A stretch of DNA of 63,894 bases, the filler included, from Sphacelaria rigidula (taxonomy: Eukaryota): NCBI GenBank assembly GCA_964200075.2. It is 5 parts of 5 records of this genome, joined end to end, with 100 filler letters (N's around TTAATTAATTAA, not from the genome) between each part and the next. Parts side by side here need not be neighbours in the genome. Positions count along the whole stretch, not along the records: positions 38,403 to 51,098 come from CAXNAA020003491.1; 4 more parts are not named here. One strand, written 5' to 3'. Numbering within the stretch: position 1 is the first letter of the stretch; each line of letters starts with the position of its first letter. Shown in pieces: positions 38,403-51,198 of the stretch. The position numbers were made by a program, and so were the translations under genes. Under the pieces are notes generated by a model that was not told the DNA's origin, ran no database searches, and saw only the letters and a list, made by a program, of their open reading frames with translations.

Positions 38403-40016
38403 CAGGAGTGAACACCGCAGGTGTCTGAACACGAATGAATATTTATCATTACTTGTCCGTGGAGCAGATCCCAAACAAACAGACAAAGCGTCCCACACGG
38501 GAAGAACCTTAAGAAGAGAAGTCAAGAGAAGTGATGAAGAGTGACACCATGTGGGATGGTCACAACGCTGATCGCTACGCTACTTTGCTACCTTCTCGAA
38601 CAATCAATCGGTATTTTCATATTCAGGAATCTTTCTCGAGAACTCTCACTGTCGCATGCTCCGCCAAATCTATTCATCCGGCGAGTTCTTGACTGACCTG
38701 CTACTACTAGTCAATGATATATTTCCAGAACAATCTTCACACCACAGCATTCTCGAAGACTGCACATCAACTCTACTAGTTTCCTATTGCCCCGCATAAT
38801 GTCCCGCCTGTTACTCCGTGAACGAACCTCCGTCTTTTAGCTTGGTGCTACTGAACATTGACTCACATATGTTCTGCAACATGAAATTCTTGACATATCC
38901 CACTTCCGCCCTTGCGCGTCATCTTCAGCCACGTCGACAAGTGTCTTGGCTCCCCCGTTTGCCTCCACATGGCTAGGATTGCTGCGTAGTGCACCTTTAT
39001 GGTAAATGAACGTACTCTCTCGACATCTGCACGTACACTTGTACTGCAGGTGGTATAGAATACTTGTACTACAAACAGTACAGAACTGTTTGCAGACAGT
39101 GCAACAGTACAACTTCAACTCTCACAACTTGCACTAGTGCTGTACCAAACACAGACAGGTGCAGGGCTTGTGAACGACTAGCGGGCGCCGAGATGCACTT
39201 CCTGTGTGTCCAACGCTGTGTACTGTGCCGGGTTCGTACCCCGAGGATGTGTTGACGATACTGCTGTCGCGTATTCAACGGTGCGGGGACAGCACAGACA
39301 ACTCTACTCATGCTACGATAGACGGGGGGTATTTTGGGCCATTGCTTGCACGAAATTCAACTTCGAATCATTGTTGTAAGCAGTAGCGATTGATCGAACG
39401 CGCGCTTTACCGATAAATAATGCTCATTCATACTGCTTGACCCTGTTTTGACGCAAATGCAAGCACACGGCGAGTGTGTCAGGTTGTCCGAAACACCATT
39501 GAGTCCTTTTTCCCTGGAATCAAACATGCAACTTGTCGTAGCATGGCTCTATACATGCTCTTCGGCGCTGTACGGGTAGCACCGTACGGGTAGGCGCAGA
39601 GTACAAACGCAGAGCAGCATGGCGCGACTTTCACCTCTTCTACTCATGACACCGACCCTGTGGCATTCGCAACAGAAAACACTAAACCCTGAAAAGTTGG
39701 CCACGCTCCACACTTACCTGGTGAAAAAAATAAGACAGACTTGGAGTTTAAGCGTGAACAATCCATCCGTTTTTCGCCTATCCCTGAGTTCAGTTTTTTC
39801 CCCCGAAACTCTATTATATCGACGCGTTGCGTGTTCAATATATATATATATATATATATATATCGTGCCATCAATATGTCAAGGCTCGCGCCATGCAATA
39901 TATATCGATCGAGTACACCACGACACGTGCCACCTCAAAATATATCGTCCGAGTAGTATGTTGGTGCGGTATGGCGCCAATATATATTGACGATTCAATA
40001 TGCTCAACATCCGAAG

Positions 40017-40822
40017 TGTGAATCACACTTATGAGAACCCAACATACGTTATAGCTCTGTCCAAGAACCTTTTATTGGTTCTATTCATGGGAACGTTCTA
40101 GCACTGAGGAAGGTTCCTCAGACGTCCGCTAGATCTTTGGAGGATGGTCTGTATGTCTCGGAATATCGGGACAATATCAGACCGAATATGCCCAAGAGTC
40201 ACAGAACGTTGTACATACCAAACCCGGTCAGATCCTCAGATTGTATAGACTGACAAAAGGTTCGGTTTGATCCTACCGTCGACGCCAATGAGAGTCGTAT
40301 ATGATAAGAAGACCGACGAACGGATTTGAACCCTTGTTCTCTCTGCGAAACGCGAGCGAGACGTAGAGTGCTCTTTCCAGTTAAGCTACGTCGGTAGCGT
40401 TGAGTGGACAGGACAGGGCTCGAGTGAGCTTGACAGGCAGAGTGGAGGTGAAGAGAATAAGTCGTTGCAAGATGAGGTGGGGATGATCTGCGACCTATCC
40501 ATGCAGCTCATCTCGAACACCAGGACATGGATCAAAGGATCATGTACCGACAGACAGTGGCCTAGAGTTCAGTTCAACGTGTAGATCACCTTGGGTTTGG
40601 TGTGTACAACGTTCTGTGACTCTTGGGCATATTCGGTCTGATATTGTCCCGATATTCCGAGACATACAGACCACCCTTCAAAGATCTAGCGGACGTCTGA
40701 GGAACCTTCCTCAGTGCTAGAACGAGGTTCCTCAGTGCTAGAACGTTCCCATTAATAGAACCAATAAAAGGTTCTTGGACAGAACTATAAGGTATGTTGG
40801 GTTCTCATAAGTGTGATTCACA
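40017..40822. mobile_element. Non-autonomous TIR DNA transposon, Ginger-like (TGT...ACA, 4-bp TSD GAAG)
   Basis: Left TIR 40017-40225 and right TIR 40593-40822 (right has an extra 21-bp duplication) are near-identical inverted copies; GAAG at 40013-40016 and 40823-40826. The superfamily is inferred from termini and TSD only. Confidence 0.88.
40311..40395 (-). ncRNA. tRNA-like Pol III cassette with non-canonical anticodon arm
   Basis: 7-bp acceptor ACCGACG/CGTCGGT, D arm GCTT-AACTGGAAA-GAGC, B box GGTTCAAATCC (T stem has one G-G mismatch), anticodon arm CTCTACG-14 nt-CGCAGAG. Confidence 0.75.
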
Positions 40823-41934
40823 GAAGCGCCAATATATATTTCCGCCCCAAAATGTCGTGCGTCGATGCATCCAATATATATTGGGCGATCAATACACGAG
40901 GGAATCGACCGTCACAATATATATGGCAATATATATTACTAATTCAATATGTTCAGTGGAAAGTGTATTGGAATCAGTATAGTGGACAGTTCTAGGTTCG
41001 CGGGAGCAATTGAAAGGTGTATCACCAAGTTCCGAAAACGCTCAATATATTCCTCCGCGAGCGTGTCAAATATATATTGGCTGCACAATATGCGATGAGC
41101 GTGGGCAATACATGTTGGAGAAACAAATACTCTGAAAGGTTAGTGTATTATGGCAACAATATGTTACGAATCACTTCGACTCAATATTCATCGAGAACTT
41201 CACTATGCACACGGCCGGCATGAAGAGTATATTGAACGTTTTGTTCCCGAAGCAAACGCATGTCCAACATATATTGCCATGCATCGCTTCACGATCATGG
41301 CACGAGAAATATGTATCGTTGTTTTAATGTCTCCGAGAACATCTCAACACAATGTACATTAAGAGGACAATACTTTCGCTGTTTTCAATATAACGTATTG
41401 GCATCATATTGGAACACATTTTGTTGTCCAGGGCGTAGGCAACACCACCGGTGACCAGAGGGGTACCACAAGCCGCATATCGACCAGCGTGTTTTGTCGC
41501 CATAGATATCAAAGGGCATATATAACGCTTCGCCTCTTCTGTCACCATATTTCCGATCAATTTATAATCAAACTGATTCGATACCTCTAGGTAGCCATGC
41601 GCGCGGACCTCTGCGGCTTCCTGTAGAGTTTTTCCCAACCTACACGGGCTCCGGCACTGATCATACTTGTATAGCAAAGCCTCGAGGTTGGCGGGACCTT
41701 GCAGAGGTGATGTCCCTGCGGGACCGCGACGTGCCGCCTATTTTTATATTTCTAGGAATAATCCGAAAAGGCTCTCGTCTAACATCCTGCACGCCAAAAA
41801 ATATTCAAATATATGATTATTGAATTTCACTGAATGAGAGATTCGTTGGACGGGATGAATATCAGGACGCGGCAGTCTACAGCATTTGAATAATATAGCG
41901 TGATGGAATATCTACTCGACATCGATGCACCCGC

Positions 41935-42300
41935 ACAGTGTATACTGGGCGGGTGATATTTAACACACACGCTACCCCGATATACACACTGATACACTGG
42001 CCGGTCCCAATATATACTGACAGGCGAATCTGTTGGAACCCAAGCGACCCTAATATGTATTGTCCGGTCAATATGTTCTCACCTATGCTATCCCAATATA
42101 TATTGGTCGTGCAATGTACCTTCACCCCACGGCCCCAATATATGTTGATGGGACAAAATGTGTGCAATCCCACGGTACCGATATATATTGGGCAGGCAAT
42201 ATATTTGCAGTCGAAGGGTACCAATATATATTGAGCGGGCAACACGTGTGCAGTCCAAGCGTACCAACGTATGTTACGCGGGCAGTATATCGCAACGTTC
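41935..42300 (+). repeat. Degenerate 42-43-bp periodic array with palindromic CCAATATATATTGG core
   Basis: Cores at ~42007, 42050, 42093, 42135, 42178, 42221 and 42264. Confidence 0.8.
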
Positions 42301-42368
42301 CATTATGATCGACTGATATATATATTGGAAACGTGTTGTATTGTCCACGGTGTGAATAACTCCGAGCT

Positions 42369-44620
42369 GTGGTCAGATTTCAATTTCAGCACGGGGCGCC
42401 CACCACCTTGTCACGTGTACCTGAGCAGACGGTAGAGGGAGTAAAGAATGAGCGCCAATACGAACCACACGATCGAAACTACTGGGCGCAGTGCAGGAAG
42501 TATGCTGCAGTACAGGGCAATACACTACTGTTCTGTCTGTACAAAAGTACACAAGTGCTACGTAGCAACATCAATCTCACGTATATTTTGTACTGCTGGT
42601 AGTTTTGTCCTGTCCTGTCCTGTCCTGCACTACAGTATTCGACTGCGCTTACTGTAGCTTCGGTAGCTTGTGGTGTTCAACATGTGTACTTGTGAACTGA
42701 AAAAACAAACGACGACAACGAGGGATGCCCTTGATGCTGTCAACGGGCGATCTATTGCGCTGTTTACAACCTGGTGCGAAGTACACGTATATGTTGATTT
42801 TTTGTACTCATGTCCTGTCCTTTCCTATCCTACAGTATACTGACGGCACTGTCTGTTCAGTAGTTTCGGTAATATGTGGTGTTTAAAACGTACCCTCGTG
42901 AGAGCTCAAGAAAAAAAGTACAAGATACTCGTAGATGAAGTTGATTTTGTGTGAAGCACCAGTAGACGCGCGAACATGGGGTTTTCAAAACCATGGATAA
43001 AGACGTAGGTTACAAGCGCGTGTCGGGCAGGGTGTGTACTCTTGAGTACCCGGGTATAATACCCGAGTATTTACTCTACACAAGGTTTGGGAAGACTGGG
43101 TACAACTCAAGTACTCCCCCCGGATACCGGGTAGAGTTGTGTATGATACAGATATTTTCAGAAATACCCAGGTAGAGAGTATTACTTACTTGGGTATGAC
43201 GTCAATACTCGACCCAAAAATTGGGTGGAGTTGGGCACGATCTCAGTACTCTATCGAAAGATTCGGCAAGAACTCTCATCAATGCCCGGGTATAGAGTAT
43301 CACATGGGTATCACCCTGATACCCTTCTCAGATTTTGGGTAGAGTTGAGTATGATCTCAATTGTCTACCCAAGTAAGTTTGGGGGTAATTTTGGTATGAT
43401 CTCGATACTCTACCCAAATATTTGGTAAGCAATCTCAGTAGCTCTGACCGTTCGTAACTCAGTGAAGTCACATCACAGGCTACCTTGACTGTAAGGGCGA
43501 ATCATGACCAACAGCAATAAAAGCGTGCGGTCTCATCGCCCCGCACATGATAACTTCATATTGTGGCCAGATTTCAGTTTTCAGCACAAAACGTGTCCCA
43601 CCTTGAGCGAATATGAGTAGACTGGTAAAGGGAGTAAAAACTGGGCGACAACGTGGACCACGCTACCGAAACTACTGCAGATAGCGCAGTAAATATACTG
43701 CAGTTTTGGACAATACAGTATTGGCTGCACAAAAATGTAACGGTGCGGCGTAGTAAGGTCAATCTCACGTATACGTTGTGCTTCACTTCTTCTGTCTTGT
43801 CCTGTACTACGAAATATTTGACCGCAATGTCTCCAGTAGTTTCTGTAGCGTGTAGTGTTCAACACGTTTACCTATGAATTACAAAATATCAATTCGAGAA
43901 CGAGAGATGCCCTGTATGTTGTCAACGGGCAATCTATCGCGCTGTGTACAACCTGTCGCGAAATATACGTATATGTTGAACTGCTCCTACTTGTGTCCTG
44001 TCCTCCTCTGCCCCACAGTATACGAACTTCACTGTCTGTTGAGTAGTTATTTCGGTGGTGTGTGGTGTCTAAAACGCATGCTTGTGAGAACAGAACAAAA
44101 CAAGATAACAGAGATAGATTAAGATGATTCTGTGTGTAGGATCAGTAGACTCACGAATTGTATACGAGGTTTCAAAACCTTGGATACAAATGTATGTCAC
44201 GACCAGACATACCTGGTAAAGTATATACTTGTGAATACCCGGGCAATATACCCGAGTATTTACTCCACCAAGTTTTGGGGAGATTGGTTACGACCCCAAA
44301 TACTCTACCCACAAGTTGGCTAGAATTGGGTACGATTCCATACTCTACTCGAGTTTCTGAGTACGAAAAGTACGAGTTTTCGAAATACCCTGGTGTCGGG
44401 TATGCCCCGCCCAACACGCTCTTGGTAAGTTGCGACCGACACATCTGGTGGAGTTTACATTTTTGTATATATATATTGGTATTCATTTTACCCAAGTTTT
44501 GGGTAGATTGGGTCCGACCTCAATACTGTATCCAAATGTTGGGCATGTACTCTCAGCAGTGCCCGGGTATAGAGTATCACTTGGGTACGACCACAATACT
44601 CTACCCAAAAATTGAGTAGA
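42369..44620 (+). repeat. Diverged ~1.2-kb tandem duplication with TACCCG(A/G)GTA motifs
   Basis: GTGG.CAGATTTCA..TTCAGCAC at 42369 and 43564; GTCAACGGGC.ATCTAT.GCGCTGT at ~42739 and 43921; GCCCGGGTATAGAGTATCAC at ~43284 and 44561. Confidence 0.85.
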
Positions 44621-44689
44621 GGCTTACGGCAGAAATTGGCAGAAATTGGAGTTACCCACATGTATGAAGTAAGTGGGATCTGGGAGTTT

Positions 44690-44865
44690 TGCGCCTGTAT
44701 AGCGTGTGCATTTTTTCTTCTTACCCTATTTTGGGTGGTTAGCCTGTGGCTTCGGAAGGCGTCCACACCAGATGCCCAGTACAGAGTACTAAGCAGATAT
44801 TGGAACGGTTTTCAATGTCAAAATAACAACAACAACAACAACAACAGCAGCAGCAGCAGCAACTG
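44690..44865 (+). mobile_element. Short 3' end of a non-LTR element with (AAC)n/(AGC)n tail
   Basis: GGAAGGCGTCC.CA.CAGATGCCCAGTAC...GCAGATAT.GGAACGGTTTT then AACAACAAC; reverse-complement copy at 46125-46350. Confidence 0.75.
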
Positions 44866-46124
44866 CACAGCCATCACACAACGTTTCCGACGTTGTTTTC
44901 AAGGGAGTTTGTTCCCACCCTTCTGTACAGTCCGGAATGCAGGGATGAGCGGGCCGAACAAATGTACGTGTACTTCAACCGACTATGCGAATGCATCCTG
45001 CGAGAACCTCTGTTTCTTACGACCGACACAACGGCAGCACCGAGCTTGCTTGTACACGTCAGCTAACACCAATGACAGCAAAGCGAAGTCGTGGGGTCGC
45101 TACAGTTGGACATCCGTACATAGCGTTGCCAGCTCTAACGCGCTCTGCGGATTCGTCCATTTTGCGTACTTGCGGTGCTCGCGGAAAAACAGATCGAGGT
45201 GACAAGATATTTGGACAAAACTGGCTCTATTTTCCTCTGCCTCCTTGACTTCTTGGGTACCTAGTGGTCGAATGGTACTAACACTCAATTCAAGTAATTA
45301 GTATCAACGCGCCAGAATACTCAGATGGACCTCAGATGGAGCATTGGAAGTACGTTGAAAGCGACTGCTTTCGATAAGTAGCGTCCGTGAGCCAGGGATG
45401 GCGGATCACAAAATAAATAATATTTTGTCATCAAGGGTGTTCCTTGCGAAGGGAAAAGGGTCAGATAAGGTAGAGCTTGGGGTTAGGAGGGACGGGATGA
45501 GTTTGTGCCCATATCGTGGAATTGAGGTTATGGATCCTCGAGATTGTGGGGGGGAGAGGGGGGACCATTTGTTGCCTACGCAATCGCTCGTGAATTGACT
45601 TTGGTTGGGAGGACGGAAGATTCGGCAATGGATCGCAGCGCCGAATCCATTGATGAGAGGGTGCTGCAAGTATTTTTGGATGAAATCATTGGCTACTTGC
45701 ACTTCGCAAAACTAAACACTCAGAAGAGGATTTTGCGGTGTATATTGGCACAGCCAGAAGAGGCAGTATCAAGACAGATGTTGGCGGAAGCGTTCTGACG
45801 ACGCAAGCTTTGGTGTCACTAGCAATGCAGGCTTAGTCGAGGTCGAGCAATGCATTTACTCGATGGGGTGGTGCTCAGCAATGTGAGCTTTGAATCACTG
45901 GGCGTGCTGGCGATACGGCAGCAAACTAGTTTGGAGTGTGCTGCCCCACCGTACTGTCATGAGTTGGCTGTGTGAGTCAGTGAAGTGGCTGGAGGAGAGG
46001 GCTGTTTGTGTGGCTGTCTGAGATCGGTACCTGTACATATTTCACTGCTTTTTGCTACACGTAGTTGCCCGTTGTGTCAGTATCCTCAACTGTGGTTTCA
46101 AATTTATCTTCTTTTTCAACATAC

Positions 46125-46140
46125 ATGTTTGTTGTTGTGG

Positions 46141-46178
<38 letters not shown>

Positions 46179-47015
46179 GCTGTTGCTGTTGCTGTTGTTG
46201 TTGTCCTCACATTAAAAACCGTTCCGATATCTGCGCGGTGGATTCGTACTGGGCATCTGATGCGGACGCCTTCCGTGGTCACAGGCTAGCAAAAACCAAA
46301 AAAACCAATATAGACCTAGTTCAAAACTCACAAAACGCGATACAAGCAAAACAGGGATAAATAATAAAGAAGAAAGAGAATACATATGACTAACCTCAGA
46401 AGATCCGGTGCCGCAGGTGGACATTCGGACCTCAGGGGGTGGCACCCGGCTTTCCAACTCGACCCGCGAGGCCAAGTAGAAATGAACATAGGGTCCGACT
46501 ACGGTCGAGACTCAAGGCCCCATATACCAACAACCAAAGAACTCAGAATCACAAGGTTTCATCTTTCGACCTCTCGAGGGACAGTCATGTATACAAGCAT
46601 ACCAGGTGTATCACGACAAGCACTGCATGACATAACGACACCCCTCACGGGGGGGGGTTCACCCCCCACCCCCCCCCGCCCCTCCTCTGGACCGCCGTCA
46701 TTGCTGTGCTATTTAGGCTTCGTTGGTCTCCCGTCTAATCGCACGCAGTCGGCTGGCCTCATCCTCATTTTTGTGCCATGAAATCATGAACCTCTCCGCT
46801 CCCTGCAGTACTCCCGCGTACCACGGCAACCTCCCCTCCTTTCTAGCTGCTGAGGTCGAGAGGGCGCGGTCAAATCCGAATGTCTGGCGGTTGTCGTCCG
46901 TAGAGCCGTCTGTGGCTTCGAAACCGTGGAGATCGTCTCTCAGGCACTTCAGCTAGTTTTGTTCCGGGCACCCTGGTCCTGGATCCTCCCCCCCGACTAG
47001 TGTTCCGAATGGTTT
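46125..47015 (-). mobile_element. 5'-truncated RTE-like LINE 3' end (ORF C-terminus, 3' UTR, (AAC)n tail)
   Basis: Minus-strand FGTLVGG..KCLRDDL..F.ATDGS..WYAGVLQGAERFMISWHK resembles the RTE ORF C-terminus; ends in (GTT)n on the + strand at ~46127-46205. Confidence 0.65.
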
Positions 47016-49009
47016 GTGCATGTGATGTTCGTGATATTATGCCACTTCAACTTTTCCGCGGTGAACAAATCGTGATCAATCTTGCCACTAATGGCGTCGA
47101 CTTTCTTCACGGCCAACATTTTCATGTTCCTAGCCACCCCCTCCTCCTGAAATAATACAGGTAAATCTGCACACAGTGATACATTCTATGGGCAGGGTTA
47201 TCAATTGATCGACAACTATCTCGTGCGAGTGCTTGCGGGAAAGGCGGCGTGGAAATTGCCGCCCGGGGGAGTCGGCGAAGCAGAGCTTCAGGTGAGAGAG
47301 GGACATTATCGTAACACCTCCCGGTCAAGCATGCGATCCGTTTTTATCGGTACTTCGTGAAGTGCTGCAGTATGCACATAGGCTCTGTTTATCTCCTTCT
47401 CTGCATACTGTAGACGAGCAAACACTCACGGCCTTGACAGCAATACCGTTTAGTTCGATGAATAGTGTGTAGCCACCGGTGCCAATACCTCTCTGTGGTT
47501 CGGATAGCGAAGAACCCTTGCTATGGCTGTGAGGTCGATCTCACGAAGTGCACATGAAACTCGTACGGGAGACAGAGAACCCCTCCTGAGCAGAGGCAGG
47601 AAGTGGAGTAGGATACTCGAGGGGTGCTGCGTTTCTGGTGTGTTCGCACCGTGTCCTGGATGTCAGCTCGCAACATGGAGCAGGAGGAGCAGTCACAAGG
47701 TCTCTACACAATTCGCTCCTCGTTTTCGTGGAGTATCTGTATGGTATCGCCATTGTTCGGAAGCAGTACCATACATATCTTTGGTACCCTCTCAAAACAC
47801 CGGCCGCTTGACCTCTAATAGCGTGTTTCGTTTCCGTACATCCCACAAGAATGGTCTCACATAACACTTTGTCCCTTTCCATTCCGCCTTATCTTCGCTG
47901 TCGCTTGCTCCCAGCGTGCGCGGACTATGCTGGGGAAATTCGATGTACTGATGCGGGCAGATTGTATGACGGCGGATTTGCCTCTACTTGAACCGTACGT
48001 CATTGGAAACTTCACCGCAGCTGTAGCTGGAGCGGCGAATCTTGGCAGGTATCGTTTCAAGCGTGCTGTTCATGTCGTGAAACTACGCAATGACGCACAG
48101 AGGGACGGAATTTCGTCACATTTGGTTCTTTCGCTACTGACGACGAACGGTGTGCGACATGAAGTATCTCCAGAGAACTCTCGCGGTAAGACATTTTGTC
48201 GCAAGTTTCGCGGCAGCCCTCCCCTGGCACAACCTTCAACCTACTAGCGCTCGGATGTTCGCTTGAGTTATTTTCCTGGCGGAGAGCATGCCTGAATCGG
48301 TGAATCGCGTCTACGGTTGTGTTGAGAATGTTTGAGTCGCGCGTAAGAATGTTTTCATGTCTACATGTATTTTGAGCAGTCGTCCCGGCGTACTGTGGAG
48401 GGTCCCTGGACAGGGTCTCGTCTAAGCGTGTCTTGTAGACGTCGAAGTGCATGGATACGTCGGCGCACGGTGCATCCGTCGATATCGGTGACCTCGCCGA
48501 GTTGAAGAGCCTACGTTTAAAAGACCGTAGTACCATCTAGTCACGGGGCACGCAGTGGCTTCGTCGGCGCGTTTTTCTTAAATTTCTGTCTTGTATTCCT
48601 GGTCTCGCTAAAAGTGGAAATGTATTTTTCATGCCGCGCACATCCACGCGTGCTTCTCGGCGAGACCGCTCATGTATGGAATTTTGAATATCTGCACTGT
48701 AGCCAAGGGATTAGCTTGCCGAATCTTGCTAGCATATTGCCCGTCCGAAACTCGAGTAATGGCGATGCGAGCGCTACCGTATAGAATTTCCGCGGGCCAG
48801 GACTTCATCCACGTGATCAAAAATGAATGTACCTCACTCACTAAACTCAATCAAGAGCCGATGTGGCCTTTATTGTGTGGGAGTTGAACTGCCTCCACTG
48901 TCCTAGTAATTGACAGACCCATACTAAACCCAACTAGCTATCACGTGGGACAGCTCGCGAGCTAGCTCATCTCCGCACTGTAGCTCACTTGTAGTCAAGC
49001 ATGTGCATA

Positions 49010-49364
49010 TGAGCTACGCCCGGTAGCCCACCCAGGGTAAACGTGCGCCGATGAAATGAGGATTGGTAGCTCACGAGGGACGAACAGGCGTAGCTCATGA
49101 GCTCTCATAGGCCAGGCAGGGTGAACATGCACCGATGAGCTACGGATTGGTGGCCCACCCAGGGCAACCGTGCGTAGCTCATGTAGCTCTCATAGGCCAG
49201 GCAGAGTGAACATGTGCCGATGAGCTACGGGTTGGTGGCCCACCCAGGGCAACCGTGCGTAGCTCATGCAGCTCTCATAGGCCAGGCAGGGTGAACGTGT
49301 GCCGATGAGCTACGGGTTGGTGGCCCACCCAGGGCAACCGTGCGTAGCTCATGTAGCTCTCATA
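49010..49364 (+). repeat. 85-bp tandem repeat (~3.3 well-conserved units plus a degenerate one) with internal hairpin
   Basis: CGTAGCTCATG at 49089, 49173, 49258 and 49343; each unit contains ATGAGCTACG...CGTAGCTCAT. Confidence 0.93.
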
Positions 49365-51098
49365 ATTCTACTGCAACTTTGTTTCGGTGCTTATTTGTAT
49401 GTTTTCAGGGTTAGGGTTGAAGACTACTCGTGCGCTGTTTCGCGCATGTGTTTTGCACATACGTGACCCCTGCGTACACATGGACACGCCTTCCTGTGTA
49501 CGTTCAAGCATAGCACAACCTACGGCGCTCACGGCCGACAGAGGCACTTAGCATTCGTTATGCCGTAGCCGTTTTGTGGCGATAGTGCGCTATTGATACT
49601 GATACCACGAACTCTGTTTGCGACGGCACATCAGAAGCGTCATCATGCGTTTCCCGCCATTGTTTTCAAAAGTGTTTCCTTGACTTATTAAGAGCGCGTC
49701 GTCACTGTATGGAACCCGTGTAAGGTGTGATTCTTACGGTTTACCGGTCGTGCAATCGTTCGGTTTTGGTGTGGCAGGAGCAGTATATGGGCCAAGCGTT
49801 GGTGGCCCTAGTCAGAGTATGGTCCTCACAGCTGAAACTTCCCAGACCTGTCTGTGCGCCATGCTGTCAAAAGCCTCATCAAAACCGCATGAAAATCTTC
49901 ACTCGTCCCGCCGTCATGATCGTTTTCTTCCATGACCCTGCTTGCCTTGTCTTTGATTTGTCATCTTTCCCTCGTGTTGTGAATGTCACATTTGTATTTC
50001 TGCAGTGTTGTCGGTGGTGGGACCCGGCGGTGTGTAATTTTGTTGCAGTTTTTTTTTACGAGCACTGCACAACTCACTGCTGACACCAGCGCAACTTGAA
50101 AATTCCGCAGTTTGGTGGATGCAATCCTTTGAGTTGGTGCTGGTCTAATGGTTGGTCGTACATGTGGTGTGGAAAAACCTTGACGAGTGTTTGGAGAACA
50201 TGTGGCGAAATATCCACCCGTTTCTGGCTGCGGGTGCAAAGGGTTGAAAACATATGGAGGACAGTTGCGAAAGGGATCATTCAACAAGTTTTGTTCAATC
50301 CCGATTTGCTTCCACAAAGATCTCACCCGTTGTAGTCACAAAATGTTTGCTCGTGGTGGTCGCCTTCGACTGGTGGTACAGTGCTTCCATGCCGACAAGC
50401 TAACGGTACCAGCGCCGTGCCGTGTTCACGCAGATAGCCTGAGCTGTGAAGCAGCAGCAAGCAGTCTGTCAGGTAGGGCGATAGATGCTGTGCGGCGGTG
50501 ATGGTTGTGAACAAGAGGTTGGTGTATACAATGTGTCATGTCGTTGTTTGTGAAACCTGCACTGCACATGCGGCTGGTAGAGTTGTGGTCAGCTGTGCAC
50601 GATACCTCTCACTCGATGCTGCTTTTGATCAGCTTCGTGTACATCAGCTTGCAGCAGCAACTACAAAAGAGCAAGCTACTGACGAGTGCAGAACGCCTCT
50701 ACCTGAGATCACCAGCGATGATGTGCTGCGCGGGGAGAATTCGGATATGCATGCTTGCGATGTCTACAACTAAGCTGCACAACGAGGAACAGTTTCGAGC
50801 TCGATATATATATTTATTTTCCATCCGATCATGCAGATTTATCTCAGGATACAGTTGCCACCCCAGCAGCTGTTCAGGTGCTCGCGTTTGTACTGAGCTC
50901 CGCAGCCCCGATCACTTGAAGAAACTTGAGGTTCAGGTCCAGCTTTGTGGCACCCACGATGATGAAAACAAGAATCAAAGCAGAGCCAACACCAGCATAG
51001 CTTTGTGTGCCCCCCCTTGCCCTGCCGGTTAGACACCCATGAGGCAGTGTAGAAGCCGTGGCTGTCTCTGGAAGTGGCGATACCACAAAATAAAGTAA

Positions 51099-51198
51099 NN
51101 NNNNNNNNNNNNNNNNNNNNNNNNNNNNNNNNNNNNNNNNNNTTAATTAATTAANNNNNNNNNNNNNNNNNNNNNNNNNNNNNNNNNNNNNNNNNNNN
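51099..51198. other. Artificial contig linker 4
   Basis: Same 100-nt linker. Confidence 0.98.

Noticed and set aside
49080-49364. Hammerhead ribozyme in the 85-bp unit (CCGATGAG plus stem)
   Set aside because: The core is CCGAUGA rather than CUGAUGA and no GAAA follows the stem
49727-50773. Possible KDZ/CxC transposase relic (FYEHC, CFHADK)
   Set aside because: Motifs are too short, in different frames and wrongly spaced; a profile search is needed
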